Of a stretch of 64,000 nucleotides of DNA, positions 63,966 through 64,000 are shown in pieces. Both the position numbers and the translations under genes were made by a program. The notes beneath the pieces are model-generated. The model did not search any database and was not told the DNA's origin. It worked only from the letters and a program-made list of their open reading frames with translations. Each line of letters opens with the position of its first letter. Positions within the stretch are counted from its first letter, which is position 1. The DNA comes from Phoronis australis (lineage: Eukaryota > Animalia > Phoronida): the NCBI GenBank assembly GCA_002633005.1, contig NMRA01000128.1, positions 237,165-301,164 on the forward strand. The letters run 5' to 3'.

Positions 63966-64000
63966 CTGCAAGTGAAGAATACATAAGTGGAACAAAAGTC

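Overview
AT-rich, intron-containing animal DNA (an invertebrate bilaterian; a lophotrochozoan such as a mollusc is plausible but not provable from sequence). It comes from a draft diploid assembly with single-N joins at 24029, 50571, 59988 and 63153. Gene models were built by hand from GT-AG junctions and reading-frame phase. In order: (1) a 14-exon S9-family aminoacyl/dipeptidyl peptidase (minus, 642-13547); (2) an orphan last exon of sphingolipid delta4-desaturase DEGS1 (plus, 26951-27094); (3) an 11-exon BTBD9 (plus, 33781-44158); (4) an unusual 5-exon, ~1136-aa gene (minus, 46051-52321); (5) a divergently transcribed secreted LRR-only protein (plus, 55797-58374); (6) the 3' exons of PSMD8/Rpn12 (minus, 60417-63965). 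Gene 4 is the standout. It joins an ectodomain-less LGR/relaxin-receptor-type 7TM domain in frame to a TGF-beta-receptor-like pseudokinase, whose C-lobe is split by a ~570-aa motif-rich disordered insert. It sits head-to-head with a free LRR protein that resembles the ectodomain the receptor lacks. Introns and intergenic DNA hold MITEs/foldbacks, tRNA-derived SINEs, a Harbinger remnant, minisatellites and two haplotype-overlap duplications. No database searches were run.
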